Shown one piece after another: positions 25,186-36,723 of a stretch of DNA of 64,000 nucleotides. Within the stretch, counting starts at the first letter, position 1, and every line of letters starts with the position of its first letter. A model generated the notes under the pieces. The model was given only the letters and a program-made list of their open reading frames with translations. It did not search any database and was not told the DNA's origin. A program made the position numbers and the translations under genes. The DNA is from Eledone cirrhosa (Eukaryota): NCBI GenBank assembly GCA_964016885.1, contig OZ024743.1, forward strand, positions 94,054,001 to 94,118,000. Direction: 5' to 3'.

Positions 25186-26654
25186 TTTCTAATAAAATAT
25201 GTGAGTGCAGCAATAGCAGCTGTAGCAGCAAGTGTTTTAATGCCATTTTCCTATGCTAAAAGCAAAAGTTTACCATGCAGGATTCATGTTCATCATCAAG
25301 TTCTTTTTGAAGAAATATTTTACAGCTGGATTCCCTTCCTCAGTGCTCAAGCTTTTTTAATTGCCTCTTATGACATAACGAAGATTACAGTATACCTATT
25401 TTAAACTGGATGCACAGAGCACCAAAATCATATATGAGTGAGAACAGAAATATGTTTTTACATAGCTTACCAGTTATACCACGTTTTACTGCTTCTTTTG
25501 ATCCTGTGGTAGAAAGATGCAAGACTAGAAATAATTTTGATAAGCGTTCAGTGCCTTGTCTTAACACTTAACAAACTGTACTGCATGGAACTGCATTAGC
25601 AAATCATTTTTGAAAAGTACAAAACACCACTATGACTACATCTCAAAAAATTATAGTATAATATTGCAATTGTCACAATAATTTGTCCACCATTAAAAAT
25701 ACTATAAACATTTGAATTAACAAACCTATTTTAAAATATTTTCTGCTGAATCATTATGGGATGTTAAGAGTAAAATTAATCCCTTCTTCACCCTGGACTG
25801 GTTTCTTTCAACAATTTAGAATACTAAATTTATTCTGTTCTGTTTTACATAAAGTTATTTCTGATACTCTTAATGCTTGATTTTAACCTTTTTGTAGCCA
25901 TATTTCTAATGAAAACACTGTTTATGGTTTTCAAATCATTCTAAAAATAAAATATTTGGAGGAATTTAGTAATATAACATCCTCTTTAAGTTGAAAGTAA
26001 TAAAGAAAATTTGGAAGGATTTTAGTACTATAACTAACTTTCACATGATTAAGTTAGTGTCTGGAATATAACTTAAAGAATTATGATGGAAAGTTTTTAG
26101 ATAAAATTATTTTAATTATAATCTTTTCATTACTATATTTCTAATGACAGATACTACACGTTGACTTACAAATAATTTTGAATAAAAAAATTTGGAGGGA
26201 TTTATTAATATAAATAAGATAGATTTTTGATAAATATAAACACTTTAACACTTGTTACTATATTCTAATGAAAAACATTGCCTAAAATTTTGAAACCATT
26301 TTGAAAATGATCAAGAATATCTCATCAACTATTATTTGGATCATAACTTAAAGGTATTATATAAAATTTTGATGAAAGGTTTACATATAAATATACTACA
26401 CTTTCATCTTAGTCAAAATACAAAATCTTAAAAACAAACATTTAAAGTGGTTTGGTTTCAAAAAAGTTAAATAACAGACACAATTAACAAGTTTGTCTAT
26501 GAATATAGATTATATTATTACTTATTTAATTAGATCATTTGTATATTTTCATCTTAATAAATTCAATTTTGAATGTTTCATGATTAGCCATGCAGATTAC
26601 TTAAAAATGTAACATCTTATGAGAAATTCCTATAAATTTAGAATAACAATACAA

Positions 26655-27448
26655 TACAAGGTCTGTACACAAAGTATCCAACTTGAGGTCGGTGGGGTTT
26701 CATTGCTAATCTCCTTCGAAGTAGGCCACTTGCGCTTTCACACACTTGGCTCAAATGTTTGAAGTATGTCTGGAATGTTACTTCTGGAATGGCTCTCATC
26801 TTCATTGTCATATTTGCTATGATGTCCTCTCAGCTATCAAAAAAGTCAAATGGAGCCTTGTCTGGAGTAGGAGCCTGATAAATAAGCAAAATGACATTCC
26901 TTTGCCAAGAAACTTTGGATTAACTGTGATGAATGAGCATTGTCATGATGCAGCTACCAGTTTTATGAGGCCAACAGATCCGGTCTCTTGTGCTGAACTG
27001 CATCACAAAGATGTCGGAGGATTTCCTGACAGTACTTTTTTCTAACCGTATGTTAGAAAAGATGTTTTTAATGCATAATGCCTTGGTAGTAAAAACAAAG
27101 CCACAGTCAACATCACTTTCATTTTGCTCTGAACTGATGTGCTTTTGTGGACCATAGCAACATTTGATGCTTCTACTGAGATGTGTGAACTTTGGTTTCC
27201 GGGTCGTACCCATATGCTCATCTCCAATTCAGGATCCTTGTTGGCAGTATAGAGTGAAATGAAAATGTAAAGAGTAAGTTGTATAGCACTTCAATTGTTG
27301 GCTGTTTGACAGCAACTGATGCGTCCAGTGAGCTCGCCAAAAGCCACACAGACACACACACAAATGTATGCGGCTCCATTCAGTAAACTTTTGTTTTGCC
27401 AATCCCACAGAAAAAATTAAGTCAGATAATTTTTCAACAGACCTTGTA
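26655..27448 (-). mobile_element. Internally deleted mariner (DD34D-type) relic
   Basis: TACAAGGTCTGT...ACAGACCTTGTA inverted ends. Minus-strand remnants YGYDPETK, SKMKVMLTV, LHHDNAH and C-terminal YFEGD*. Confidence 0.85.
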
Positions 27449-27475
27449 TTGTATTTGTTTATATTTTATCATATA

Positions 27476-27670
27476 TATATAAAGAGTGGTGTGCTCATAC
27501 ACAAAGATGCTATAAAACAGCTTATAAAATAGGGTGAAAACCCTTAAAGACAGAAAAAGAAGTTGTCATCGGCCGCTGATAGCAAGTTCCTTTTTCATCT
27601 AAAAGTCTTCACCATATCTTATAAGCTATTTTATTGCATCTCCATGCATGAGCACACCACTCTTTATATT
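27476..27670. repeat. Fold-back inverted repeat (~90-bp diverged arms)
   Basis: ATATAAAGAGTGGTGTGCTCAT...ATGAGCACACCACTCTTTATAT, with complementarity continuing inward; next to (TA)n. Confidence 0.85.
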
Positions 27671-27849
27671 AACTTTATCTTCTCAATGTTTCATAAAAGT
27701 CCAATAGATTGGCTAAGTATGTGTGTGTGTATAAATTAATTCAGTAATTTTGTTGATTACTGGAGGTGACATCAATATGACCACTCGATGCTCTAGCTGA
27801 GTGTATATATTATGTTTGAGATGAAGTTTCACTTTAAAATATTTTCATA

Positions 27850-28065
27850 TTGAATGTCATGTTTCACAGATGATTGGCTCAAGGTCTTTATCGATGTGAT
27901 AGACCTAACTCCAGTATTGGTCTGCTCATCAGATGTGGATGCAAATCAAAATATTTCCATCTCTGACCCTAGAGTCCACACATCTGATGAGCAGATCAAT
28001 ACTGGAGTTAGGCCTATCACATCAACAAAGATCGCAAGCAAAACATATGACATTGATATGCAATA
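27850..28065. repeat. Fold-back inverted repeat with CTGATGAG hammerhead-like motif in both arms
   Basis: GATGTGATAGACCTAACTCCAGTATTGGTCTGCTCATCAGATGTG pairs with CACATCTGATGAGCAGATCAATACTGGAGTTAGGCCTATCACATC. Confidence 0.85.
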
Positions 28066-29220
28066 AAAAACATTTTAAATTGTAACTTTGTTATCTCATG
28101 CATAATAAGATGCAACTAACTGAGACTAATAGGCCCTAATTCAACTTAATACACCATATTTAAAAAAAAAGAAGTAAAATACATGATATTTAAAGGCCTT
28201 ATGGTTAAGCTTAAACCATTTTGATATGGAAAACGGATGTTAAGTGATGATGGTGATGATGAGAGGATTTATATGTCTTTAAATGATATCTATATATATT
28301 GATTAATTATAAAATGGGGAAGCAGTAAACAGTTAAACAAGGCAGATTTGAAGAATATAATTGTTCAGGTATTGACATGCATTGGTGGTCTAGTGTATAA
28401 GAACATTATTACATTTAGTTTAGGTATATGGGTTCCAAGTTCCAATCCAACCTCATACTGACGTAATAATGTGCTAAAAATGTTTTACTGTGAAAAATGC
28501 AAGTGCCTTTTGTGGTTATGAAAACGGAAAGGGAAGGAAAAGGCAAGGGCTCTAGGGTCAGAGAAAAATAGGAGGGGTGAGGGGAAGGTTGATGGGTTTT
28601 AGGTTTAGGGTACAGCAGTGTTGGGGCTGCATCCCGTGGACAAGACTGCAAAAACTAACCCACCTCGTGGGGCTCCTTACGTTCCAATCTTGCAGAGGAG
28701 CTCGACAGTATTATAAAGTTTTTAAAAAAAATGAAATTTAAGGCTCACACCCATGTAGTCTTCACTGGCCTCCTAGGAGGTTGTACCTCATAGGAGCTTT
28801 CTTAGGTATTTTAATGATAGCGTTTCCAATCCTATTATGAAAAAGCAATGTGAAATGATGTGTCTTGGTCAAGAACTCAATATGCTTCCTGATCCAAGAA
28901 TTGAACTCTTCACCTTATGATCATGAGTTCAACAGCCTATCCATTAGGCCATGGACCCTGAATATGTACACAACCTGGTGATGATTAAAGATCAAGCCAT
29001 ATAAAACCATATATGTGTAATTGTGGGGGTGGGGTATCCATCATCTCTAAAGATGAGGTTAATAGTATAAAAACTTATAAATCTTATTTACATCTCAGTT
29101 ATTTAGTCAATGCAGAGCTGTCTCTTACCAAAAGCTCAGTAAAATTGTTATGTAATAGTGTATATTAACCCTTTTGTAACTGTACTTCTAATGTAATGCA
29201 CTGTATTTCAATTAATTAAT

Positions 29221-29393
29221 TGTTTCTACTTTTGGCACAAGGCCATCAATTACCCAGTGCATTACTGGTACTTTATTTTATCGACCCCGTAAGGATGAAA
29301 GGCAAAGTTAACCTCGGTGGGATTTGAACTCAGACCGCAAAGGGACGTAACTATGCTGGAAAGCATGGCGTCCGACCCTCTACCGATACTGCC
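29221..29393 (-). mobile_element. Full-length SINE family 1 inserted in MITE family B
   Basis: A-box-like TGGCAGTATCGG, B-box GAGTTCAAATCCC, Meta/Nin-like core and tail. AATTAATTAAT on both flanks (TSD-like). Confidence 0.85.
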
Positions 29394-29457
29394 AATTAAT
29401 TAATGAAGAATTTGGAAGGATTTGCATAAAGTAATAATTATTCCATTACTTAAATAG

Positions 29458-29677
29458 TATTTGTAATATAACTTAATAGGTTTTTATATAAAATTATAAT
29501 AATTGTTTCTACTTTATGCACAAGGCCAGCAATTTGAAGTAAAGGGGAAATTCAATTCGATCGACCCCAGTGTCAATCGAATTTCCCTTTCCCTTCAAAT
29601 TGCTGGCCTTGTGCATAAAGTAGAAACAATTATTATTATAATTTTATATAAAAACCTTTTAAGTTATATTACAAATA
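29458..29677. repeat. Fold-back inverted duplication of a SINE tail plus flank
   Basis: TATTTGTAATATAACTTAATAGGTTTTTATATAAAATTATAATAATTGTTTCTACTTTATGCACAAGGCCAGCAATTTGAAG is mirrored at 29592-29677. Confidence 0.9.
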
Positions 29678-29819
29678 ATAATAATAAACATTATTGTGTT
29701 CGGGTGCACTACAACTCATCAAAGATGCATGTATAGTTGATAGAATAATGTACAAATGTCAGAAAGGTGAACAGTGTATGAGTCATGATATATACATACA
29801 CACACATGCATGCATGCGT

Positions 29820-30025
29820 ATGTATGGAGGGGGATATCAGGTGTAGTATTGGCGAATTTCGGGAAGCATGGAAGCTTTGAAGGATACAGTGTCCCGACAG
29901 CTAACAACTGATGCAGGTATTCTGTTCCATGTTTCAGCAACTCTGAGCGTAAAAAAGTGTTTCTGAAAGTCATGGAAGGTGTATTGTTTTCTGATTTTGT
30001 TACCATGTCCATGGGTGTTAAACAT
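29820..30025 (-). mobile_element. CR1-clade LINE 3' fragment
   Basis: THGHGNKI...KHFFTLRVAETWNRIPASVV...SFK matches the CR1 ORF2 C-terminal TRGH..FF..RV...WN.LP..VV motif. Confidence 0.85.
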
Positions 30026-30645
30026 ATGTTGTAACCTTTAACTCTTTTGATATCAACCTGGCCAAAATCAGCTCTCATTTGGTATCAAAAGGGTTGTCAT
30101 GGCTGGATACAACAGATGTATTTGTTGTTTTTGTTGATAGTGGATATTAAGAATGTGTGAGATAAATTGGGGGGGGGGGGTATGGAGGCGGTGTAACAGA
30201 AGTTATAATAAAACCAAAGGTTCACCTAAATCTGTTAATTGAATTAGTTAATATTTATTCAGAAAATAAACATGCAGCATCCATAATTATTATTATTAGT
30301 GTTATTTTCATTGTGTGCTGTCAGTGTATTACTGACCACAGCTCTGGGAGCCTTGGGTACGTGTTATGTTCTGAGGTTGTTTCTATTGAAAGTACTCTTC
30401 CTAATTTGTGTGCAGAGCCAAGGAGTACTATTTCCTGTGGCATAGATTTCAAGTCCTGCGATTTTAGATATTATTATTATCATCATTATTAATATTATTA
30501 TTATTATTTACTCAGTATTTTGTTGTTCTTTTGCTGGTACTTGGGTTGCTAGATATCAAACACCTTTTATATGTTGAGAAAAGAAATTCACCTCTATATC
30601 CAACAGCTCCAAACAACCAACCATTGAAACTTGTAGCCACTGTCC

Positions 30646-30846
30646 TTAACCCTTTAGCATTTACATTACTATTATATTTGCATGGTAAAGGCTTTATCTC
30701 ACATAATATGGAATCTATGAGATTTTGATAATGATATTATTTATTTTGAGAACAATACCTTAATGTCAGTATGAGTGGTTGGTTTGATCAGAAAGAAGCG
30801 AGACAATTCTGGCCAGATATGACCGGTTTAAATACTAAAGGGTTAA
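30646..30846. mobile_element. MITE family A copy
   Basis: TTAACCCTTTAGCATTTA...TAAATACTAAAGGGTTAA. Confidence 0.8.
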
Positions 30847-31014
30847 GGGATGATAACTTAGTGGCAATTCCAGATTCTCTGCATTTCAGGTCTGTTTTCT
30901 TGCATTTTTTGTCTACCATTCCAGTATCAAATTGGCAAGCAACACTAATTAGCTCATACTCTCTTTCCTCTTTGTTGTTTATAACAATATTAGGGCATGA
31001 ATGTATCATTTGCT

Positions 31015-31363
31015 TCATCATCATCATCATCATTTCATTTTACGTCCACTTTTCCCTGCTTGCAAGGGTGGGACGTGAACTGATTCTGGCTTGATTTCTA
31101 CAGCTGGATGCTCTTCCTAACACCAACCTCATTTACAGTGAGTGCTGGGTGCTTTTTTGCCGTGGCACCTCCACGACCACTTTGCAGTGGAATGATATGG
31201 ATCCCAGTCCCTATCATCTCATTTCTACAGCTGAGTAAACTGGAGCAATGTGAAATAAAGTGTCTTGCTCAAGGAAACAACACATCTCACGGTCTGAGAA
31301 TTGAACTCACAACCTTTCGATTGCAAGGCCAATGCTCTAACCACTAAGCCATGTGCCTCCACT
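31015..31363 (-). mobile_element. Full-length SINE family 2 (tRNA head, central core, RTE-derived 3' half, (GAT)n)
   Basis: Minus strand: A-box TGGCTTAGTGG, B-box GAGTTCAATTC, core TCCTTGAGCAAGACACTTTATTTCACATTGCTCCAG, then RTE 3'UTR sequence. Decayed relatives at about 8660-8800, 28845-28955 and 40990-41135. Confidence 0.85.
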
Positions 31364-31639
31364 TCAATCTCCACATCCCACAATACTTCTACGTAGATGC
31401 TTTCATAAACACAGTCTTATTTGTGGTCATACCACTTCTTTACATACACAAATTCAAACTTTTTACACATTCACCATTATTAATAATATTATTATCATAA
31501 GTTTGTTGTTAGTTATTGCTTCAAGTTAGTAATAGTTAGTAAAAGAAGATTCAAATGAAAATAAACAAATCTCATATCACTGCAATTAAATATTTTCAAG
31601 AATATAAACTTTCCATAGATTATATAATACTATTTTATA

Positions 31640-31920
31640 TCCTCTCATGTATTGGTGTCACTATAAAATGTGCCCAGCACACTTTGTAAAGTAGTAGTAC
31701 TGGTGCCCAGCACACTTTGTAAAGTAGCAGTACTGGTGCCATAATAAAATGGCCCAGAACTCTTTGTAAAATGGTAACATTGGTGCCATGATAAAATGCA
31801 CACATTGCATGCTATAAAGTGGTTGGCATTAAGAAAGGCATCCAACCATAATGTGGTCATTTGACCTGTCTAGTCACAGTATGTGACCTGTCAAACCATT
31901 GCCAACATGGGAAATGAATG
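31640..31920 (+). repeat. Old RTE-3'UTR-like minisatellite and tail
   Basis: Repeated CCCAGCACACTTTGTAAAGTAG units, then GGTTGGCATTAAGAAAGGCATCC. Confidence 0.65.
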
Positions 31921-31939
31921 TGAGATTATATATATATAT

Positions 31940-33125
31940 ATCATCATGATCATCATCGTTTAACGTCCATCTTCCACGCTTGCATGGGTTTGGACGGGAG
32001 TTTTCCCACTTGAGGCAAGATTGGTTGTCCTGCTCGTATAGGACTGTCTGGCGGGATTTCTACGGCTGGATGCCCTTCCCAACACCAACCACGTTTACAG
32101 TGTGGACTGGGAGGTTTTTACCGTGTTACCTACACGGCCACATTACAGCGTGGACTGTGTGTTTTTTTGTCGTGACACCTACACGTCTGGCGGGTTTTCT
32201 ACGGCTGGGTGCCCTTCCCAACACCAACCATGTTTACAGTGTGTACTGGGAGGTTTTTACCGTGTTACCTACACGGCCACATTACAGCGTGGACTGTGTT
32301 TTTTTTTGTCGTGACACCTACACGACCTCATTTGTTTCGGACTGGATGTTGTGGTACCAACATAACTTCACATTTAAGGGTGTGGTGTGGATGGGGGTGT
32401 ATTTTGTTAGAGGTGCCTACTGACTGTAGGTTTCGCTTTGTACTTAGGCAAGGCGGGTCTTCTGTATAACTGTGTAGCGCCAAAGATCTCGGTCCAATGA
32501 CATTGTCTTGGAGAGGTGTAAGTGTGGTAGGTCGGAATTTATCAAGTCGTCCCAGGTTTTTCTGGGTCTGCCTACTCTGTGGCTACTGTCTATTTTTATC
32601 GCCCTGCACTTTTTTATACAGCTGTCGTCTTTCATGCGCATCACGTGACCGTACCAACGTAGTCTTCTCTCGAGTAAACAACATCTGATCCCTCTTATTC
32701 CTAATTTCTCCCTTAGTTCATTTATGCTTTGCCGTTCACGTATATTACTATTACACATCCAGCGGAGCATGCAAGCTTCGTTGCTCTCCAGTCTGCGTAT
32801 ATCCTCTGCACACAATGCCCAGGTCTCACTGCCATGTAACATTGCTGTTCGTATGCAGGCATCATACAACCTGCCTTTCATTTTTAGAGAGAAACCTTTA
32901 GCGGCTAATAGTGGTATAAGATCTCTGAACTTTTTCCATCCCGTTCTGACTCTAGCTACTGTACTTTCAGAGCACCCTCCCCCACTGCTGATTTTGTCAC
33001 CCAGGCAACGGAAGCTGTCCACTATTTCTATAGAACCATCTGTGCAATGGAATGAGCTAGTATTCTGTGGGCACTTGCTGCTACTTATTGCACCAGAGCA
33101 CTGGCCACATATAAAATCTATAAAA
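31940..33125 (-). mobile_element. Young 5'-truncated RTE LINE (same subfamily as 15911-17661)
   Basis: Protein nearly identical to 16480-17156 (CSGAISSSKCPQNTSSF...SLDRDLWRY); 3'UTR and (ATC)n tail. Confidence 0.95.
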
Positions 33126-33244
33126 TCTAAAATAAAATCTATATATTTATATATATTAGAAAGTGAGGTTTTCCTTATATATATACGTATATATATATAG
33201 AGAGAGATTATTGAGAGATGAGTACACAAAATAATGTGTGTATA

Positions 33245-34062
33245 TATTGGATGAGGTGATAAAAGCTGACCTTGCTCAATTGCACCTCTCAAAGATGATG
33301 GCACAGGACCGAGATCTCTGGCATTATGCAGTAATACAGAAGATCCACCTTTCCATGGGCACAGGCTGAAGCTGAAGCATACATATATAATATGCACCAC
33401 CCACCTCCTCCCCAATCTTCCATACATCTCTCATGAAGACAGGCTGAAGCATATATCTAGTGAAGCCTCCAGTCCACACTGTAAAGTGATCATGGTGGCA
33501 ACACAACAAAAAGCACCCAGCCCACACTGTAAAGTGGTTGTGTAGGTGTCATGACAAAAAGCACCCAGCCCACACTGTAAAGTGGTTGTGTAGGTGTCAT
33601 GACAAAAAGCACCCAGCCCACACTGTAAAGTGGTTGTGTAGGTGTCATGACAAAAAGCACCCAGCCCACACTGGAAAGTGGTCGTGTAGGTGTCATGACA
33701 AAAAGCACTCAGCCCACACTGTAAAGTGGTCGTGTAGGTGTCATGACAAAAAGCACCCAGCCCACACTGTAAAGTAGTCATGTAGTTGTCATGACAAAAA
33801 GCACCCAGCCCACACTGTAAAGTGGTTGTGACAAAAAGCACCCAGCCTACACTGTAAAGTGGTTGAGTAGGTGTCACAACAAAAAGCACCCAGTACTCAC
33901 TGTAAATGTGGTTGGCATTAGGAAAGGCATCCAGTTGTATAAACCAAGCCAAAATCAGTTCTGTATGAGCGAGACATGATCACCTGACCTGGCATTTCTC
34001 TCAACAGGACAACTCTTTTAACCCATGCTAACATGGAAAAATGGAAGTTAAACAGTAATGAT
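33245..34062 (+). mobile_element. RTE 3' end containing a 48-bp minisatellite
   Basis: WDEVIKADL remnant, about 9 copies of GTCATGACAAAAAGCACCCAGCCCACACTGTAAAGTGGTTGTGTAGGT at ~33475-33905, then the RTE terminus. Confidence 0.88.
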
Positions 34063-34336
34063 ATATATATATAACTAATATAATTAATATTGATCACCTG
34101 TATATTCAAGAGAAGTTCCAGTTATATATGGGACATCCATATGTTTGTGAAAATATGGATCTTTACCTGAGAAAAATAAAATCCTATTCTGATAGGAAAA
34201 TGAGATGCTTTCCATGCAAAGGTTTCAAGCATTAAAAAGTTGTGTATTAGTGGAAGGTGATTGGATGGTTTTCAGAAGTGCACAGATAGCAGGATAGAAT
34301 TAGAGAGGGTGAAAAATGACAAGATTGCTAACTTAC

Positions 34337-34738
34337 CATCTTGAACTTCAACTATTTCAGCAGGTTCTGTCATGACTTCTGGATTTAGATCTTCTCGGAA
34401 ATGTGATGACCAGCCTGAAGCCACATCTAAGCTGTTGCCTAAATTCAGACTATGATTACCAGGTGAGTTAGACAGCTCTAGAGTCTTTGGTCGTTGATTA
34501 ATTTTCTGATGAGTAGTCACAGATTTGTTTTGTGGTTGAGGAATAGAATCAGAATTAAGACCCATTTGCAGAGGAACATTACTGTTTGATGATAAGGATG
34601 TGTCATTGTCTTTAGTGCTGTTAGGTATATCTTTGTCTGATTTATGTAAGAGATTATCAGGAGTCAATGAGGGATTATTTATGGGGTCAGATACAGAATT
34701 GGACTTCTCTTTGGTGTTTTTCCTTGAAATGTTCTTGA
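34337..34738 (-). CDS. PLEKHM1: PLEKHM1-like exon 8 (Ser/Asn-rich linker)
   Basis: taacag|TCAAG...GATG|gtaagt; 402 nt, phase 1->1. Open frame including GNSLDVASGWSS. Confidence 0.85.
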
Positions 34739-35461
34739 CTGTTAAAAAAGAAAAAAATATTAAAAAAAAAATTAATGTGTATTCAGTTTTTTGTATATCT
34801 TGAACATGAAGAAACATCATCATTGTTTTTATGTCAACCATACCATGCTAGCATGGGTTGGACAGGTCCTTTTGAAGCAATATGTTTTACAGCTTGATGC
34901 TCATCCTGACACCAACCCTTTTAGTCACTTCTTACGACACACAAGAATACGGTGTACCTATTCTAAACCAGATCAGAAAAACAACCTTTTCCTGACCATA
35001 TTTATAATGAAATACACACTATTTTAATTAATTAAGAATTTGGAAGGATTTATTAAGCTTACTAATTATTTCATTACTAAGATAGAAACTTGACATTTAA
35101 ATTGAATTAAAACGAATTTGAACTCAGAACAAACACTGAGGCATTTAAAACCTAACATCTTGTAATGATTTAGAAGAAAATCTCTAAAAAGAGGTTTCTT
35201 AATTCAAATGTTTATAGTATCTTTATTAGCGGAAAGATTGTTGTGAAAAGTAAACTAAAGTAAGGAAGTGAAGAATTGTTTTATACTTTTTAAAAATGTG
35301 GTTTCATGCAGTATATGATATTAAGAGCTAATCCGATATCCACACAACACTGCCAATTTGCCTCACAGAACATAAAATATATTTTAGAAGAAAATTGTAT
35401 TGATGTGGGACGTCTTGAAGAGGTGGGTGGGTGGGTAGGGGGGAATAAAAATACCATTTAC

Positions 35462-35770
35462 CTTCGACTGTACTACTAGCTGATGGCTTGTCATCTGTTT
35501 TAGGATCTGAAGGCAACTTCTTAGAGACAATAACATCTGTATCTGCAAAATCTTTACTAGGAGATGTTGCTACAGAAACATCAACAGATTCTACCACCTT
35601 TCCATGAGTAACTGCAACGGGTGGAGGTCGAGCATTTCCAATCTCTTCAATACTGATGCCATCCGTTAAACCTGTTGCCCCTTCCACGCCGGCAAGCAAT
35701 AAGGGTATGTTCATCCAACTGTTCAAAACACTTGAGTTATATGGAAGTTCAAACTGGAAAGCTGTGATAC
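35462..35770 (-). CDS. PLEKHM1: PLEKHM1-like exon 7 (end of RUN domain plus linker)
   Basis: ctgcag|GTATC...GAAG|gtaaat; 309 nt, phase 1->1. GITAFQFELPYNSSVLNSWMNIPLLLAGV matches PLEKHM1 GL.SLSFELSYKSAILNEW...PL.LSG. Confidence 0.95.
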
Positions 35771-36174
35771 CTGCAGAAAAAACAAACACTATAAATAGTC
35801 AAAGTCCCCTTTAACTCTAAATATCCTGTACCACATGAAGATGCATTAGCAAAACATCCTTAAACAGTACAAATCAACACTGACTGTATCACATAAAAAA
35901 TTCAAGATATACATTTGTGTATTGCAAATTTTCAGAACAATATGTTCTCTAGTAAAGAGACTATAAACGTTTGAATTAACAAACCACATGAAATCACATT
36001 AGCAAGATATTATTGAAAAGTACAAAATAACACTATGGCTACATCACATTAAAGTCTTTACTCTAATACTGCAAATTTTGACAACGATCTATTCACTTAT
36101 AAAGATATTACAAACATTTTTAGATATCTTTAGTTAAATCATTATAGGAACTATAATATTCTATATACAGCGAC

Positions 36175-36390
36175 TATCATCATTTAATGTCTATTTTCCA
36201 CATTAGCATGGGTTAGACGGGTTGCCCCATTTCAGGCAAATCGAGTCAGATAACCATGTCTTGCTCATACAGAATTGTCTCTGGCTAGATTTCTATGGTT
36301 GAATGCCTTTCCTAACGCCAACTACATTTACAGTGTGTGCTAGGTGCTTCTTTGTCATGACACCTACATGACCACTTTACAGTGTGGACT
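36175..36390 (-). mobile_element. RTE 3'UTR fragment
   Basis: ATCATCATTTAATGTC tail and GAATGCCTTTCCTAACGCCAAC motif. Confidence 0.75.
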
Positions 36391-36652
36391 GGGGACTGGG
36401 GCAGGGGAGAAGAATGGTGTGATCAGGATGTGAGTGTGGTGTGGAAGGGAGTGGGGAGAGACTGTATTCTAAAAGTGTGAAACTTGGAAACTCAATTTCA
36501 TCATCACTATCTGTATCATATTTATATCTGCTTTTCCCTACTGTCATGGGTTGGATGGGACTTTTTGAGACAGTATTTTATGGCATGATCCCTTCCTGAA
36601 ATCAACCCATTTAATTACTTCTACAGGACGAGAAGGAAGAAAACTTATTTAC

Positions 36653-36723
36653 CTTGGACATAGGATTTCAAGATCCCAGGTTGTTCCAAATCTCGCAGAT
36701 ATGATAGTTGGTGATAATATGAA
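36653..36723 (-). CDS. PLEKHM1: PLEKHM1-like exon 6 (RUN domain)
   Basis: aaaag|T...CAAG|gtaaat; 71 nt, phase 2->1. (D)SYYHQLSYLRDLEQPGILKSYVQ matches the RUN motif YY...A.LRD.E. Confidence 0.92.

Noticed and set aside
24708-25259. 183-aa plus-strand ORF
   Set aside because: Antisense of a decayed RTE fragment. The same applies to 215-661, 16151-16876, 18035-18583 and 32724-33200.
28620-28710. HDV-like ribozyme candidate (CCCACCTCGTGGG resembles P3/L3) after a G-rich, TTAGGG-like stretch
   Set aside because: I could not build a 7-bp P1, P1.1, or J4/2 plus P2. The TTAGGG-like run is too short to call telomeric.
30788-31033. Possible extra exon in the 12.7-kb intron
   Set aside because: No convincing acceptor/donor pair in the needed phase; the ORF ends overlap a SINE tail and a MITE.
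31290-31363. tRNA gene
   Set aside because: It has A/B boxes but no proper acceptor stem and continues into a SINE core and tail, so it is a SINE head.
32444-33427. 327-aa ORF as an intact gene
   Set aside because: Chance fusion of the antisense of one RTE end, TA-rich filler and a truncated RTE ORF2.
33431-33952. 173-aa Cys-rich repeat ORF (CHDTYTTTLQCGLGAF)n
   Set aside because: In-frame read-through of a 48-bp LINE 3'UTR minisatellite, with no splice or start context.
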